Part shown: one piece after another, positions 36,158-50,180 of the stretch
Position numbering within the stretch: position 1 is the first letter of the stretch
Layout: the number at the start of each line of letters is the position of its first letter
Origin: Hydrolagus colliei
Lineage: Eukaryota
Reading direction: 5' to 3'
NCBI GenBank assembly: GCA_035084275.1
Contig: CM068755.1
Location: 12,586,001 to 12,650,000, forward strand
DNA: 64,000 nucleotides
Program-made: the position numbers and the translations under genes
Notes under the pieces: generated by a model
The model's database searches: none
Seen by the model: the letters and a program-made list of their open reading frames with translations, nothing else
Told to the model about the DNA's origin: nothing

Positions 36158-38263
36158 TACAAATGTTTCATTCGCTACAATATCTTTCAGATTCGCTTTC
36201 AGACTGAACGAACAGGCAGAATACTGATTCTGTTTGGGACCAAATCTTTGGCGGATGGAGAACTGCAGGGTTTGTTGTGAACCACAGACATTAAACACTC
36301 GAAGCAGAGGCGGGGAGCGTTGCCTCGGTCCAATCAAGAATGAAGTAAAATAAAAAGTCCCCAATCGATATTATTTTGCTACTTATTTCCTTCCAGTTCA
36401 ATCACATTTGTTTAAATCTAACCAGGTTGGAATTTATTGATGTAAGCGAGGTTCGCAGCATTGGCTGAGAGGGTTTCGTCTCGATTCCAACCCAACAGCA
36501 AATAGTGTTTCGGGTGGGGGGGGGTGGGGGGGGGGGGGGGGAAATACTTTTCACCTGCTGACAATCCATCCCATGTTACAGGAAAAAAATCCTAATTCAA
36601 TTATTTAAAACGGAATAAGACCAAATGACTTGGAAAATAAAAGCATGCAATATTTATTAATGCACTTTTCCTTCGGCTAAAGAAAAGTTTTGCAAAGTTT
36701 AAAGCTTCTTTTCAGCTATAAACTTTCCGATGACACTCGGACACCTGTTTCGGAGTTTAATTCCCTGACGGTTGAAATGCGCAAACTTCTTTTCCGAGGT
36801 TATTCCCTACTAAATTCTCGTCAATAATTCGTGCAAGTCAAATGATCTAAACGAGCAATCTCCTTCCTTGTGTGATTGTGTGTGTGTGTTTGGGTGGGGG
36901 ACAGGCGGACGACGACAATGAAACAGTGAAATAGAAAATCGACCCCAACATGCTGAAATTTAAAAAATATAATTGATGCATTAAATTATCTATTTTTTAA
37001 ATTGGTGTAACAGTAAAAAAAAAGCGTTGTTCTAATCTCGGGCTTCACTCTCCCCCCCCCCCACCTCTACCCACCCACCCACACACATACACAATGGAAA
37101 TAATTGCTTACTTCTTTATTTGAGGCTGATATGTAACTATATTTTACTTTTAATAGCATGATTTTCAAGTCTTATGGTTCTTCAAGCGTTACTCAGATCA
37201 GTGTCGTCATCTGATTGGAGTCGACGTATGTTCGTGGTTATTTTTGTAACGCAATATTTATTTATTATATATATATATATACATATTTCAAATGCCCCTA
37301 CCCGTTGTCTTTCTTGTATTTGACTGTCACTCTCCAAAAGTGAAGGCCTGAGATAAACATTACAAACATTCCTATCTTCCATACAGTATGACGCGTCTGT
37401 AAAAATATAATCCCCGAAGTATAAACTTTATACTGTAGTTTGTAACTTTAAAAAAAATCCAGTTGGTGGGTTTGTGGATGCATACAATGCTTGTGACTCT
37501 CTCTCTCTTACTCTCCAACCCCCACCCACCACCACCTCCTCCTCCCCACTCCCCCCCCTACCCCCTTCCTACCCACTCCCCACCCCCCTCTCCCCCACCC
37601 CATTTTTGGGGGGACTGTAGACTATGTCATTAGATCGAATGGCAAGTCTTTATGGAAAGTGTTTTGCATAATTACATGCCATAGCCAGAATACTAACCCC
37701 GAAATTTTATGGGTCAGAAAACTTTAACAATTACCACATTATTGTCCAAGAATCGAAGTACGCCACTACGGCCTTCGGGGGGGAAAGTAGATTTAGCTAA
37801 ATCTAAGAATGTGAGACCGAATTTTTCTCAGAACCCAAAGAAGGGAGATTATTTCAATCTGACAACTTGTTTACTTATAGCTACTGAGTTCAGCGAACTT
37901 CAGAGTTCTGTGAGACATCTCTGATTAAGAACGTCTTCGTGATCCAATGTAGAAATCCATCAAAGAAATAAATGGAAAGGCTCCCTTTTCAAATCTGATT
38001 TTGTTTTAACAAATCGTCACCTTTAGGCCGCAGTAATTAAGATATTCTTATTTGGGGAGACAGTTTCTCTGGTAACTGGATAATGTCTCTTTGATGTCAA
38101 AACTTTTGACAGTTATCGAACCAATGTTGGACAATTTAGCACAAACAACCGCTTCTAAAATTCTTTGGAAATTATAATAAGTGTGAATTCTATCACAAAA
38201 TGATCCAAATCTCAATAGGCACAGATCTTTGATATCAATCACTTATTGATCGGTAGGGAGATT

Positions 38264-38284
38264 TGTGTGTGTGTGAGTGTGTGC

Positions 38285-38330
<46 letters not shown>

Positions 38331-38341
38331 GTGTGTGTGTG
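38264..38341. repeat. Compound (GT)n(GA)n(GT)n microsatellite
   Basis: Read directly from the sequence. Confidence 0.95.
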
Positions 38342-39551
38342 CTATAACACTGTGAACGGCATTTGTTGTTTAAGATTCTGACAATAATCCTATTTTTTTT
38401 TATCCCCCGTGTTTCCCCTATTGATTTTATCTGCTGAAGTGCAACTGAATATTGAGGACACGGCGCTAATGGTGCAATTTGATCAGTAATGTACGTTAGA
38501 TCATCTGTGAATTATAAAAGATATAAATAATCTTCATTTAGGTGGACAATATAGTAATATATACAATTTATAGTAAGATTACTCGAGTGTGCTAAACTAG
38601 GGGAACACGCTTCTTTTTCAATGCCACATTTCTATGTGTGGCTGTAAATTTGAAGTCATCTTGTATTACAGACGTTTCAGCTTCGTATTTGCAAAGTTGA
38701 AAACAATACAAAACACACTTATTGACTTGCAATACCGCAATGCGTGAACAGTTTTCTCTCTCTAAACCTAATTTTGTATCCATTAAAAGCTTAATTGATG
38801 TGTCCTTGGGATCATAACGTAATTTTGGAGAGAAAAAGACATAGTATTGGATTTGTCACATTCTTCATGTTTTGTCTCAATTTAAAACATTTCTACAACA
38901 AACTAATAGGTCAGTCACTTGGTTGCATAACAATATAGTAGTTATTACTGAAACTGGAAAAAATACATTGCTTTGTAGCTAACTAAATAATCCTATAGTG
39001 CAAAGGGTTATACTTGTAATATTCAGCTCCCAAACCTCTATTATTTATTGTTTTTTTTGGCTGGGGGAAAAACTCTTGAGTGTAATTGTACATATTACTT
39101 TCAATCGCCACACTTTAAAACGTCAGCTTGCGAGTGGCATCTGTCGATCTGCTGCTACCTGTAGCAACAAAGTTTGCAGGTAGTTCATAAGACACGTGTT
39201 TGAACTGCTGGCATGGTGAATCAAGGGAAAAGCTTAGAGTGGAATGTAGCTAAATTCAGCACATCATTTCCGAGTTGACAACTATTTAATAAACTGAAAA
39301 CAAATTTTCTTTTAAACATGTATTTGTAACTTTGATTTTTTTTTAAAAAGTGTTCATCATACACACAAATACAATGTAAGGTAAATTGTTTAACGTTGCG
39401 AGGCGATATTATTTCCAGACTGGGGAGATTATTTGGTTCAACCAGTTATTTTCATCTTTTGGAGGAAGTTTTGTTTCGTATTTTATCTCGAGCCAATTCG
39501 AATTCAACTGAATGAATGTTTAACAGGCAATACTTTAAACTACAATAAGAC

Positions 39552-39587
<36 letters not shown>

Positions 39588-39600
39588 ATAATATATATAT
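39552..39600. repeat. (TA)n microsatellite
   Basis: Read directly from the sequence. Confidence 0.95.
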
Positions 39601-40815
39601 GCCATGACCTTCTCGGAGAATAAACGCTCCAGTGAAGATTATAAAACAAACAGAAAAAAAAATACGTTTTAGAAATCCACCATAGTGGTTTTGGAAGGAT
39701 TTTTAAAAACAAAATGAGCGCATTCATCTTTGTACCACAACATTGAAACAAGTGCAACTCGTCTAACCATACATCCAACAGGTGCCTGCAGTAAGTCTCT
39801 CTGTGGATTACCTTTGAAGGATGTTAGTGGCAAGATGCCGCACACATTTAACCTTTTAACTTTGTTTTAAACACCGTTTTATTTATTTTTGTACGCGATT
39901 GTATTCGTCCACGGTGATAAAAATAAGATATTTATCTGTCTGGACCGAATCATTGAAACATATACGTTCCGCATTCAATGTGTCAAATTGCATAACGTCA
40001 GCTCCACAGCTGACAATAATATATTTTATAATATAATTTGATGGCGATCACTTTGCAGGTTATTCAGCCTTGTCCCAGAATACTATTTACTGAGCACTAA
40101 AGTAATAAAGTTAGGTATAACTTTGAAGACATCTCATTATTCTGCATTAAGGTGATTTGACGCATGAATTCAAAGAGATCAGTGCAATTCAATAAAATGC
40201 TCAAAGCATCTAACATACCATATCACAATAATATTTATCGTACTAAACATTTAAGCTGATATATTATATTTGCAGTAAGCATTAAAACACGAAATCAATT
40301 GACCATTGAACGTGGGTGGGGGTGGGGAGGAGGGGGTGGTGGTGGGGGAGCATTAACGCACAGTCTAAATAACTTTATTGCTTTATTATTAGGGTGTAAA
40401 TGTTTCTTAGTTCTGTTATCGGACAGACACTACGCTCAGAATTTTTTTTGCGAAGTGTGAATATTATTATGGGATGGACTAGTTCAAAATAACTTTAGAA
40501 CAATTGAACGTGGATATTAAAACAGTTTATTTGTTTCAATAGAATAATAGTTTTAATATACAATCTCTCTCCTATGCAATTTCCTGAAATTAGATGACCA
40601 GATGTTTGAATTGCTTTGTTATATATATATATTTATAGATAGATATAGAAGTCTGGCAGTGTTATAGTATGGTATTCGTATACAACACGATTTTAATATG
40701 TGCTTCGGTGTGGAACAAAACTAAAAATAATAAAACCAATTGTTTGTCTGTTTATTTGGGATAGTATTGCATTTACCTAGTGTCACATTATAAAGAAATG
40801 GGAAATTATGAAATG

Positions 40816-40960
40816 NNNNNNNNNNNNNNNNNNNNNNNNNNNNNNNNNNNNNNNNNNNNNNNNNNNNNNNNNNNNNNNNNNNNNNNNNNNNNNNNNNNNN
40901 NNNNNNNNNNNNNNNNNNNNNNNNNNNNNNNNNNNNNNNNNNNNNNNNNNNNNNNNNNNN
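40816..40960. other. Assembly gap (145 N)
   Basis: Run of N. Confidence 1.
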
Positions 40961-43166
40961 TTAAAAGGAAATACGTCCTATTAAAAGGAAGAGGTGGAAT
41001 GATTCATTTGCTCTCATTTATCATAACTGCAATTTCCTATAGCACATGGTGAATATGGTGGTTCTGTGTAACTGGGGGTAACAAGAAAAGCTAATTTTTA
41101 ATGTTAACCATGTAATTTAATGCTTGCCATGCAATAAAAATATCTAAATCTAGTGCGTAGTGCAATAGGAAGCGACATTGTCGCATTTGCAGTGCTTCTT
41201 GTCTCTTTTTTTAAAAAACACAAATGTATCATTTTGATTATCAAAGTGCAAACCACACTGTGATATCCAATCGCACAACATTCGGCTCAAAACTATTCAT
41301 TTGACTTCCATGAAAATATAAAAGCAATTATCCACGAATTAGCCGCACACTTCACTTCTGATTTTCTTTCCAATTCTCTTGAATATTCGTTATGTTGTTA
41401 TTGCAACGTGTAAATACCGAACGTGCATTAATCATGGATATACCCAATGCTTAATGTCTGATATCCGTTGACCGTGATATTAAGGGACTGCTTAAGTTGG
41501 TGAATCCCCATATGATAGTACTTTTCAGTTCCAATGTATAATTTTCTGAAGTTCCGGGTAGAAAACATTTCAACCGGTAACCATTTGTAACTTTCTTTTG
41601 AGCGCCCTGGCCTCGAAAATGCCACACGACTCCGTTTATTACATTTAAGAGATTTTTAATGTCAAAGTGTCACTTTTAATTTGGCAAAATCAACATTTCC
41701 GACATATATAACAATGAACTAAACAGGTACACCGAGCAATATATATTGTTAGGGTTTTTTTTCCCCCAAAACAAAAAGCTGATATTTTTGTACTGCTCTG
41801 GTTATTATTATTTTCCTCGATTTTATTTTGCAATGCGAAGTAACTCTTGAAATACAAAAAACGACAGGAGAGCAAAGCAGCACATTAAATTGGGAAAGTG
41901 TTGCTTGCCATTCAGCAAAGACGTGCAGAGTGAGCGTTTTAATTATATATTGTTAACGATTCACTTTTAAAATATGCAGCTCGCTGCTTTTTGGGGGATG
42001 TTATTTGGGAATTCAATATTATTTTCGGCAAATATCATCCAGACAAAGAGCTAAGCTTTACAGCACATTTTGTTTTTGTTCGGCGACCAGCGCCTCCTAG
42101 TACTTGCTGGGGTATTAACTGTAATAGATTTGCCCAGAGGTTCCTTCAGTATTTAATACAAATTAGGACAAACTAAATGCTAGAAAATCCTCTAATTTTA
42201 AAGAGGGGAAAAAACGGCATAGTACGATTTGCTCCGTGGCTGTGTTGAAGTCACCATATCATTTCGATGTAAAGGACATATCGAAATGCTACTGTAAAGT
42301 GAGGCAAAGCGACGAATTTTTGTGGTAACGAAATCAACGGTGAAGTTCACAACAATGACAACCGCTTTTCACAGCCCCCCCAAAGTTATACTGATTACCC
42401 AGGGCTTTGAGTGTAAACGTTTTGAAAAGAGAATGATTTTTTTAACAAAAAAGCGAAAATGTATCCTAATAAACGCTCGTCGCTGTTTGAAAACAAATAT
42501 GCCACAGAAATTTTAAACTCCAACTTCATGTATTGCAAGTATTTTAACAAAACAGTTACATCCCCATAGTTAACAGTTACATGTACCAATTATTTTACTG
42601 GAACTGGTATTCTCGTAACTTTCATCTTCGTGTCTTTTTTTTCCCTATCCCGCCTGTTATACTGTACGTATAAATGTTGTACAAACAAAACAAACACGAT
42701 CAACAGTATAGCTTAATCGTAAGGTAAATGATTATAGTCCTAAGTATGACTGTATTATGAGAAAGTGTGTTTGAGTCACACGTAGCTTAACTTTGTCAAT
42801 GAAAGACATTTCGGGAGTAGATCAATTGGTCCCCTATTTTTGTACCTACCAATTTTATACTTTAATTTAGATTTTATAAAACGCATTGCAGCTGACAAGG
42901 TGGGGGTAATTTGATTCTCTTAAAAGCGGGACAGTGTGGAAGCATTCATTATAAATAAAGCAAGGGCAGTAGTATTGCAGTTTTTAACCCACGGGAGCTA
43001 TTTAGACGCAGAAAAGTTACAATTATTTTAGTTTTCGGGAAAAGAAAAGGACCATTCACAGGCGAGCATACTGTAACCACACAGAGAATAAATGGATTCA
43101 CATAACAGAATCAACATTTGGAAGTCACTTCCTACAACACACTCTTCTCTCGTTGAATCTTTTTTT

Positions 43167-43216
43167 ACACACACACACACACACACACGCACACACACAC
43201 GCACACACACACACAC
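43167..43216. repeat. (CA)n microsatellite
   Basis: Read directly from the sequence; source of the THTHTH/VCVCVC ORFs. Confidence 0.95.
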
Positions 43217-45844
43217 GCTTAGCTCAATATTGTGGTTTTGTTATTTACAAAACACGTTCAATGAAATTATATCATCTGAACTTTTTTGCTACCAAAGAGG
43301 CGCGGTATTTGAATGAAAAATATGTATTTTGTAACATTTTACCAGCCCACCACTCCCCCCCTCCCACCGCCCCCCCCCCCCGCCTCCCCCCCCCCCCCCC
43401 CACCCCTTTTTTAAAAAAATCGCCAACAAATTCAGTAAATGCAGCTTATTTTTTGTGTTTGATTTTATTTCACCATCTTGAAAGTACAGCTGGAATATCA
43501 CATATATTAGCGCCACCCCGCTGTCATACCTCGCATGTGCACTCCAAAAGCAGGGAGCTGATCAAACACTCTCTCAAACATGACACACACATCGTTACCC
43601 TCTGTAACTTTTCATTAAATTATTGAACCTTTTATTAGACACCAACGGCAGCATCTTTTTGACGCGCTGATCCCGAATGAGCAACATTAGAAATATTTCT
43701 TCACTCCATGGTGTAGTAGTTTAATTGTTAATGTCAAAGTTGCATGATTTTAATTAATAACATCAGCAAGCCGAATTAGACGATATAAAAGTAAACAATT
43801 TTGAGTGTTTCTTCCATCCCTAAAAAATAAAAGCATCTCTCAGTGTGTCACTTCTATTTTAAATATATATATTATATTATATATATTTATATATATACTC
43901 CACTCACTCCTCGGTACAGGGATTGAAGGATTTTAGGTCCCAAAACATAATTGATAGGAATGCCACCCAAGACTTGCATCTTCAGAAGAGATTATTCTCG
44001 AGTTTGGCGATTCTTATTCCTACTTTTAATACTCAGGGTGAATTCTACTGTTGTTAAACTTCCTGCCACAAGATGCAAAGCAAGACTAAGGAGTTTGTAT
44101 TACAACTGTGTCATAGTGTTACACCGATGCAAAACATGTAGCCAGAGGGGGTTGCTAATGATTACAGTATAAAACCCGGCTCCAGCAGAACAGGCAGCCT
44201 AGAAACTGGCCATTATTAATTCAGTGGTCAGGCACTTATCCAACTCTCCCTGGACTATAAAACAAGAAACACACAGCACTCCAACATAAAGATTTTTTTT
44301 CTAAAAAAATATGATGCTTTATGTCTTAACGCTAATTATAAACTTTTTGTATCCTTTTCAACCCCGGTTCCACTCTTTATCCAGCTGATTTCCTCTCCGG
44401 CACCACGCTACAAGGCGATTAGCAGCAAATTATCCCAAGGTTTTTGCTATTACATTACAAATTTATTTTATGTGACGCGCCGTCAGAGCTTTCCAGCCGC
44501 CTTTCACTGAATGAGTAATTGTGGAGATCCAGATGGAATAGATTTTCTACATTTGACAAGACATTGTCATTTTTAAAATACCAGATACAAAATATAACTC
44601 GGGCCTCTCTTTTTTTTAAGTGCATCAAGTTACCTAACAATTCAGATGATACATAATACAGCAGAATCAAACGATTCCAAACGAGTTGCTACTTTTCTTT
44701 TTTGACAAATGCAAAACAAATGGTGGTGGAACTAAATTCATTTGTGGAAGTTAAAAACGCATGTCACAGCGCTACAAGTTCTAACTAATCACATTGCCTA
44801 ATTGTATATCTCATGATTATTTTCAATGATGACATGCAGCCACTGAACTCAGTCAAAACTTACTTTTCTTTTTAAAAAAAACAAACTTATTATTCTTTTT
44901 TTTTAACCTGGCCCCGAGGGAATGCCAATTTTGCTACAGTATTCCAGTCTTATGATGAAAACTATTACCATCGGTTTTGTATTAGTGTATGGATCTTACT
45001 GTACTTAGTTGATAGGGAAACAGCAATCGAATCTGAACGTGTGCTTTTTGCAAATTATGTGTACCGACACTCTGCGATTGTATGTGTGGTGTTTTAAGCG
45101 ATAGGTGTCATTTATAGGCAAGTCGGTTATTTCAGAGCAACAATTCAATATTGTACATTAAAATCCACATACCCCCATGCTGCTTAGACAAAGTTATAAT
45201 AAGTAAAAAGTCGTTTCATTCTTTTTTTAGAATGGACCAGGTCATTCAAAGATTTTTTTTGGTGGGGGGGAGGTGGGGGGTGAGGGGGTGGGGGGGGAGA
45301 GGGGGGAGAGGGGGGGTTGGGCGATGCAGTACTTCATCAGATTGGAAGTGTGCGGCATTTAAAAACTTTTTTTGAAAAAAAATACACTTTGCTGACATTT
45401 TGGTGGTTTGATAAAACGTTTTCAGATCCATGCAATGTCGTCGGCGGCTCATTCTTCTATTACGGCGACTTGGCACGTCGTGGCTGGGTTAGTTATGGGG
45501 AAAGCTCTCACAACATCTTATATGCGTTACTTTATTAATAAATCTATTAATAATACCGAAATAATATCAAACATTAATCAGGCATTTCAGTGGCACTCCA
45601 ATTTAGCGACTGCTTCTTTTTCCCATTCAAATGAATGAATTCGAGGTTTAATAATTCTTGCTTTGTGTTTGATTCTTCTGATATTGTAATAAATGCAGTT
45701 GTTCACAGTCACGTGCTAACCGGGACTCCAACCTCAGATCTGATTTAATCTACTCACCCAGAGCGGCTTTAATCGTAGGATCTTCAGGGGGAGAGAGAGA
45801 AAAAGAAATGGCCTTATTTAAATAAAACAAAGCAGTGAGAGATG

Positions 45845-46050
45845 GTGTGTTGTGTGTGTGTTTGTGTGTGTATGTGTGTGGTGTATGTGTGTGTGTGTGT
45901 TTTGAGTGTCAGCCTGGAAAACGAACGGAAGGGGGGTCAATTCACAGGACATTCAGATGATATAAGGCGATCTTCCATGTATACATGTTATCTATCTAAG
46001 TATGTATGTATATATATATGTATATACATATGTATATATATATATACACA
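45845..46050. repeat. Imperfect (GT)n and (TA)n microsatellites
   Basis: Read directly from the sequence. Confidence 0.9.
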
Positions 46051-47988
46051 ACAATATACAATTACCCAGGGGGAAAAAAAACTACAATACGTACAGTATC
46101 TTAGATCAATATATTCTGGGATATTAAATATATCTTCACTATCATTGATTATTCGTGCAACTATATAGGTCAGTCTTCGAGGCTGGCCTTGAAGCACATT
46201 TAATCTCTTAAAGCAAAGACTGATTCTGACTGCAGATTTTTTTTCCTCCAAAATATAATACCCATTAAGTGGAAGGATTTTATTTATTATTATATGGGGG
46301 GGAAAAAAAATCACAGGACAATATATATATATATATATATATAATATACTGTGTAGACGAACAGTTTTAAATGGTCGATGACGATTCTTTTATACGCCTT
46401 CGTGCAAACGGTTTGGTAATAAGCGTGAAACCGAAGAAAGACAGTTAAAATGCATTCTAGAATAATTTTGATACGTACAATAATCAGCCCCAGTTATCCC
46501 CGTCTATAGCATGGCGGCATTTGATAAGCTGCCACGAAGCAGCCATTTTTAATCGCTTTGAAGTCCTGACTGCGTGAAGTATTGATACAATAAAATGAGC
46601 TACCCAACAATTGAATGGGATTTAAAAAATATATATATATATATGTACACATATTTCTAAATAATTACTCCGAATAAATACAAAAAATAGCATTGTACTC
46701 CAGCCCTTACAACCAATCTGACAAATGAACACTAGGCGAACAACAGTTCACAATTAATTATATTAATATTGCATTTAAATATTGCATTGGAGCCTAAAAT
46801 CTACCTCGCTCCCTAAACCGAAATGTGTTGTAAAATACAATCGTCTCACTTGCGTTCGTTAGCTCTCGTCCGATCCATACAGTATTTAGAAATAATGGTT
46901 CTTTTTTTAAAAAAAAAACACTGCAATAAGTGTCGGTTAAGTGTAGCAAATTAAGTGGATACTTCATTGTAACGTAACCCTGTTCTTATTATTCAAGAGA
47001 AAGGGAGATATCATTTCAGTCTCATTTAGTTGTTGTCTTTAACGTACAATTTTCAATTAGTAAGCAGTAGAATGCAACTTATGTTTACACTGTGATTCTT
47101 CCACCGTGAAAATAACAGTCACATTTCCACACTTCCAGCTCTTGTCAGTCTCTAAGCTAAATATTCGACCTACTTTGGGATCCTTTTGATATTTTGTCTG
47201 CACAATCTCGTACGAAGGCCTCGGTGCGACATTTGTTTTACTAGATTAGATGTGTTATGCCCAAAGAACGAAACAGATGTGGTTGAAGAATATCTCATCT
47301 GTGTATCAAAAAAAAAGTGACTCACTATCTTGAAATAAATTATTGCTGGCCACCGATTTAATAAGCAAATTTGAGGAGATGCTATAAGGATCAGACATTT
47401 GAAGATTAACTAATTGTAATATTGCCATATGACGCTTTATTCTGTCTCCTGGATAATAGATTTTCTACTGAATGCCATGTGGAGTTTGTTTGCACTTTGA
47501 TTCTGAGCATGTAGCATAAATGCAACACTTTTGCAGTAAAGTTAATTTACCAGGTTGGACAAACGAATCGTATAATCATCCATTTCATATATACACTATA
47601 TTATAATTATATATATGTGATATATATATAATATATATGTACTGGGGTGTGCACTCGAATGCAACCAACTGTCTTTTCTAAGTGTAAATTTACACGAGAA
47701 ATACAGTAATGTATCTAGTCACTGAATACAATTTGATGTCATGTTTCTCACAACCGTTTCTAGGTTGTATTTGTTTGCTGTTCGAATGGATGCTGTAACA
47801 AATTGGGTTTTCTGACCTATTAAAAATTCCCCATTTCGCATGTGAGTGTATTGTGCGCCATTCGGGTGGCGAAAATATGCACAGTGTTTGTTCAAAAATC
47901 GAGCTCGTCAGATTTATTAGAAGAGAACGGGAACGCAAGCATTTAGCAGATATCGCAAATTCCTTATTTCTTGAATATTTTTGCACGA

Positions 47989-48188
47989 NNNNNNNNNNNN
48001 NNNNNNNNNNNNNNNNNNNNNNNNNNNNNNNNNNNNNNNNNNNNNNNNNNNNNNNNNNNNNNNNNNNNNNNNNNNNNNNNNNNNNNNNNNNNNNNNNNNN
48101 NNNNNNNNNNNNNNNNNNNNNNNNNNNNNNNNNNNNNNNNNNNNNNNNNNNNNNNNNNNNNNNNNNNNNNNNNNNNNNNNNNNNNNNN
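47989..48188. other. Assembly gap (200 N)
   Basis: Run of N. Confidence 1.
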
Positions 48189-49360
48189 TGGTGTTTTATA
48201 TCAAGCTGGCCATGCACTTTATATTAACCTACAGCATCCCTTAAGGAATGTCAAAAAAAACAAGTAGTAGGGGGGGGGGGGGGGGGAGTGATCGATATTG
48301 ATGAGCAGAATCGGACACAGGAAACACACAATAAACGCCACCTGTCAACAGGGGGTGTCAGAAAGATCATTTGCGGTGGATGAGCGGAGGGTGGGATGAG
48401 GGGAGGGGGGGATGAGGGGAGGGGGGGTTGGGAGGGGGGGGGGTGCGGGTGGGGGGCAAACTTTGGTTTATCGAGAAGCAATGTGTGATGCGGTTGAAGT
48501 CAAAAAACATTTTATTTGGGTGGGGGGAGGGAGCGAGGGAGGAGTAGAATTTAATAAGCCTAATTGTGGGAAATTAAACCAAAAAATATAAACTTTTGCA
48601 GCTCGAAGGTATCCAATGCCGACTTTATTTGAAGGGTATTGGTAATAAAGTGAGGGCCAGCTTTTTTTTTTGGGGGGTGGGGGGGTGTAAAAAACCCAAT
48701 ACGAGGTTTCTTGCTTTCTTTAGCTTTACACTCTCGAAAACTGCTGTAGACACGATTTGTGTAACTGATGTAAACCTATTTGTCACTGTCCGCTTTAATT
48801 ATTGGGGAAACGCCAGGGCTGAGGCAGCCTTTTTCTTTAAATGCATTGCTAAAGGTTTTATTCACGTTTTTTGGAAAAAAAAACACACACACGGGAGAAT
48901 TTCCTCATCTTCTTGTGTTTATTTTCCCCCCTGTCATTTCCCAGCTGAAACCTGTACCAGAGCAAAGTTTGTCTCTCGCACCTCTTTCTCACACACACAC
49001 AAACTCTCACTCTCTCTCTCTCTCTCTCTCTCTTATCTCCTGAATCAATCTCGGGTTTCAATGGGCATTGCATGAAATTATTCGTTTCCTGATTTCACAG
49101 CGAAATGGCTGTAAAAAGGAACCCGAAACAGTTTAGCGTCACACGGGCTTCTCGGTTTGCTGGTCAAGCGGTGGAAGAGTTATTTCTCTTTGCATCTTTT
49201 GCTACTAATCCTAACTCATGTGTGTTTTTTTGTTGTGTGCATCGAGTTGTCTTTGATAACGTGTGCTTCGCCGACTGCCTCCCTTGCTTGCTTTGCTTAG
49301 CAGTGTGATTTAACTCTTTGTTTTCTCTGTGCCCAGGATCAATAGAAACGGTACCCACTT

Positions 49361-49412
49361 TACCTACTTACCGACCGACTCACTCACTCACTGACTGACT
49401 GACTGACTGATT
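49361..49412. repeat. Graded tetranucleotide array TACC/TACT/GACC/CACT/GACT
   Basis: 13 in-phase 4-mers, each differing from its neighbour by at most one base. Confidence 0.9.
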
Positions 49413-49769
49413 GCAATTCTCTCTCAATAATCATGGATGGCGATTCAAAGCCAAAGAGTGTTACTGCAACACCTTGTCGCTTATTTAAAGCATCACAATT
49501 AGCCGATCCACCCTCACCCACCCCCCACCCCACTCCATCCCACCTGCGATCTGTCTCTTCTCACTCAATCTCATCATCCGTGTTGCAAACACACTTTCCA
49601 ATGTCATTGGTGACTGCCGACTTGGCGCGTTGGTTTAACTTTGCGGTGTGTGTTGTTTTTATTGTCTTAACGTTTCTCCCACAAACATTTTGTTGTTCAT
49701 TGAAAAGGTGCAGGTTAAACTCGCTCCCCCCCCACCCCCCCACCCCCACTACCCCCCTATCTGCCTGTG

Positions 49770-50180
49770 TGCCCCCAGGGCCAATCTGAGAACACGCAGC
49801 CAGTAGATTGCTTTCAGAGGCTGGCTCTGAGATGATGGATTGCCATGTCAATTTAACCGGCGAAGGATTAATTTGTTTCAATGATTTCTCTTTAGGCAGA
49901 ACGCCAGCACTTTTCTATCTATTCCTTTCCCTTCCCTCTCCTCTTTACAAACAAGTGGATGTAGTTTCTAAGGCGGGGGTAGGGTTGGGGGGGGGGGGGG
50001 GGGGGGGTGATAATAGTAGTGAGAGATCAGTTAGTCTCTGCTGTGGCATGACATTGCAATGGACAATGAGCTTCTTCTATTCCCTCGAAGTTACTGGCAG
50101 ATACATCTGATCCAAACTTTACAGTCAAATATGATCTTCACTTTGGTCTGAGAGTGCACAGCCGTGTTTCATTCATCATA
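49770..50180. promoter_or_regulatory. Candidate promoter/enhancer block
   Basis: CCAAT (49781-49785), GGATTAAT homeodomain site, GC box near 49972, and unique sequence between C/G tracts. Confidence 0.3.

Noticed and set aside
44139-44158. CTCF-like GCCAGAGGGGGTTGCTA
   Set aside because: Mismatches at key core positions (lacks AG..GGC in register).
44952-45036. Box C (ATGATGA) ... box D (CTGA) snoRNA-like spacing
   Set aside because: No terminal stem and no guide sequence I can recognise.
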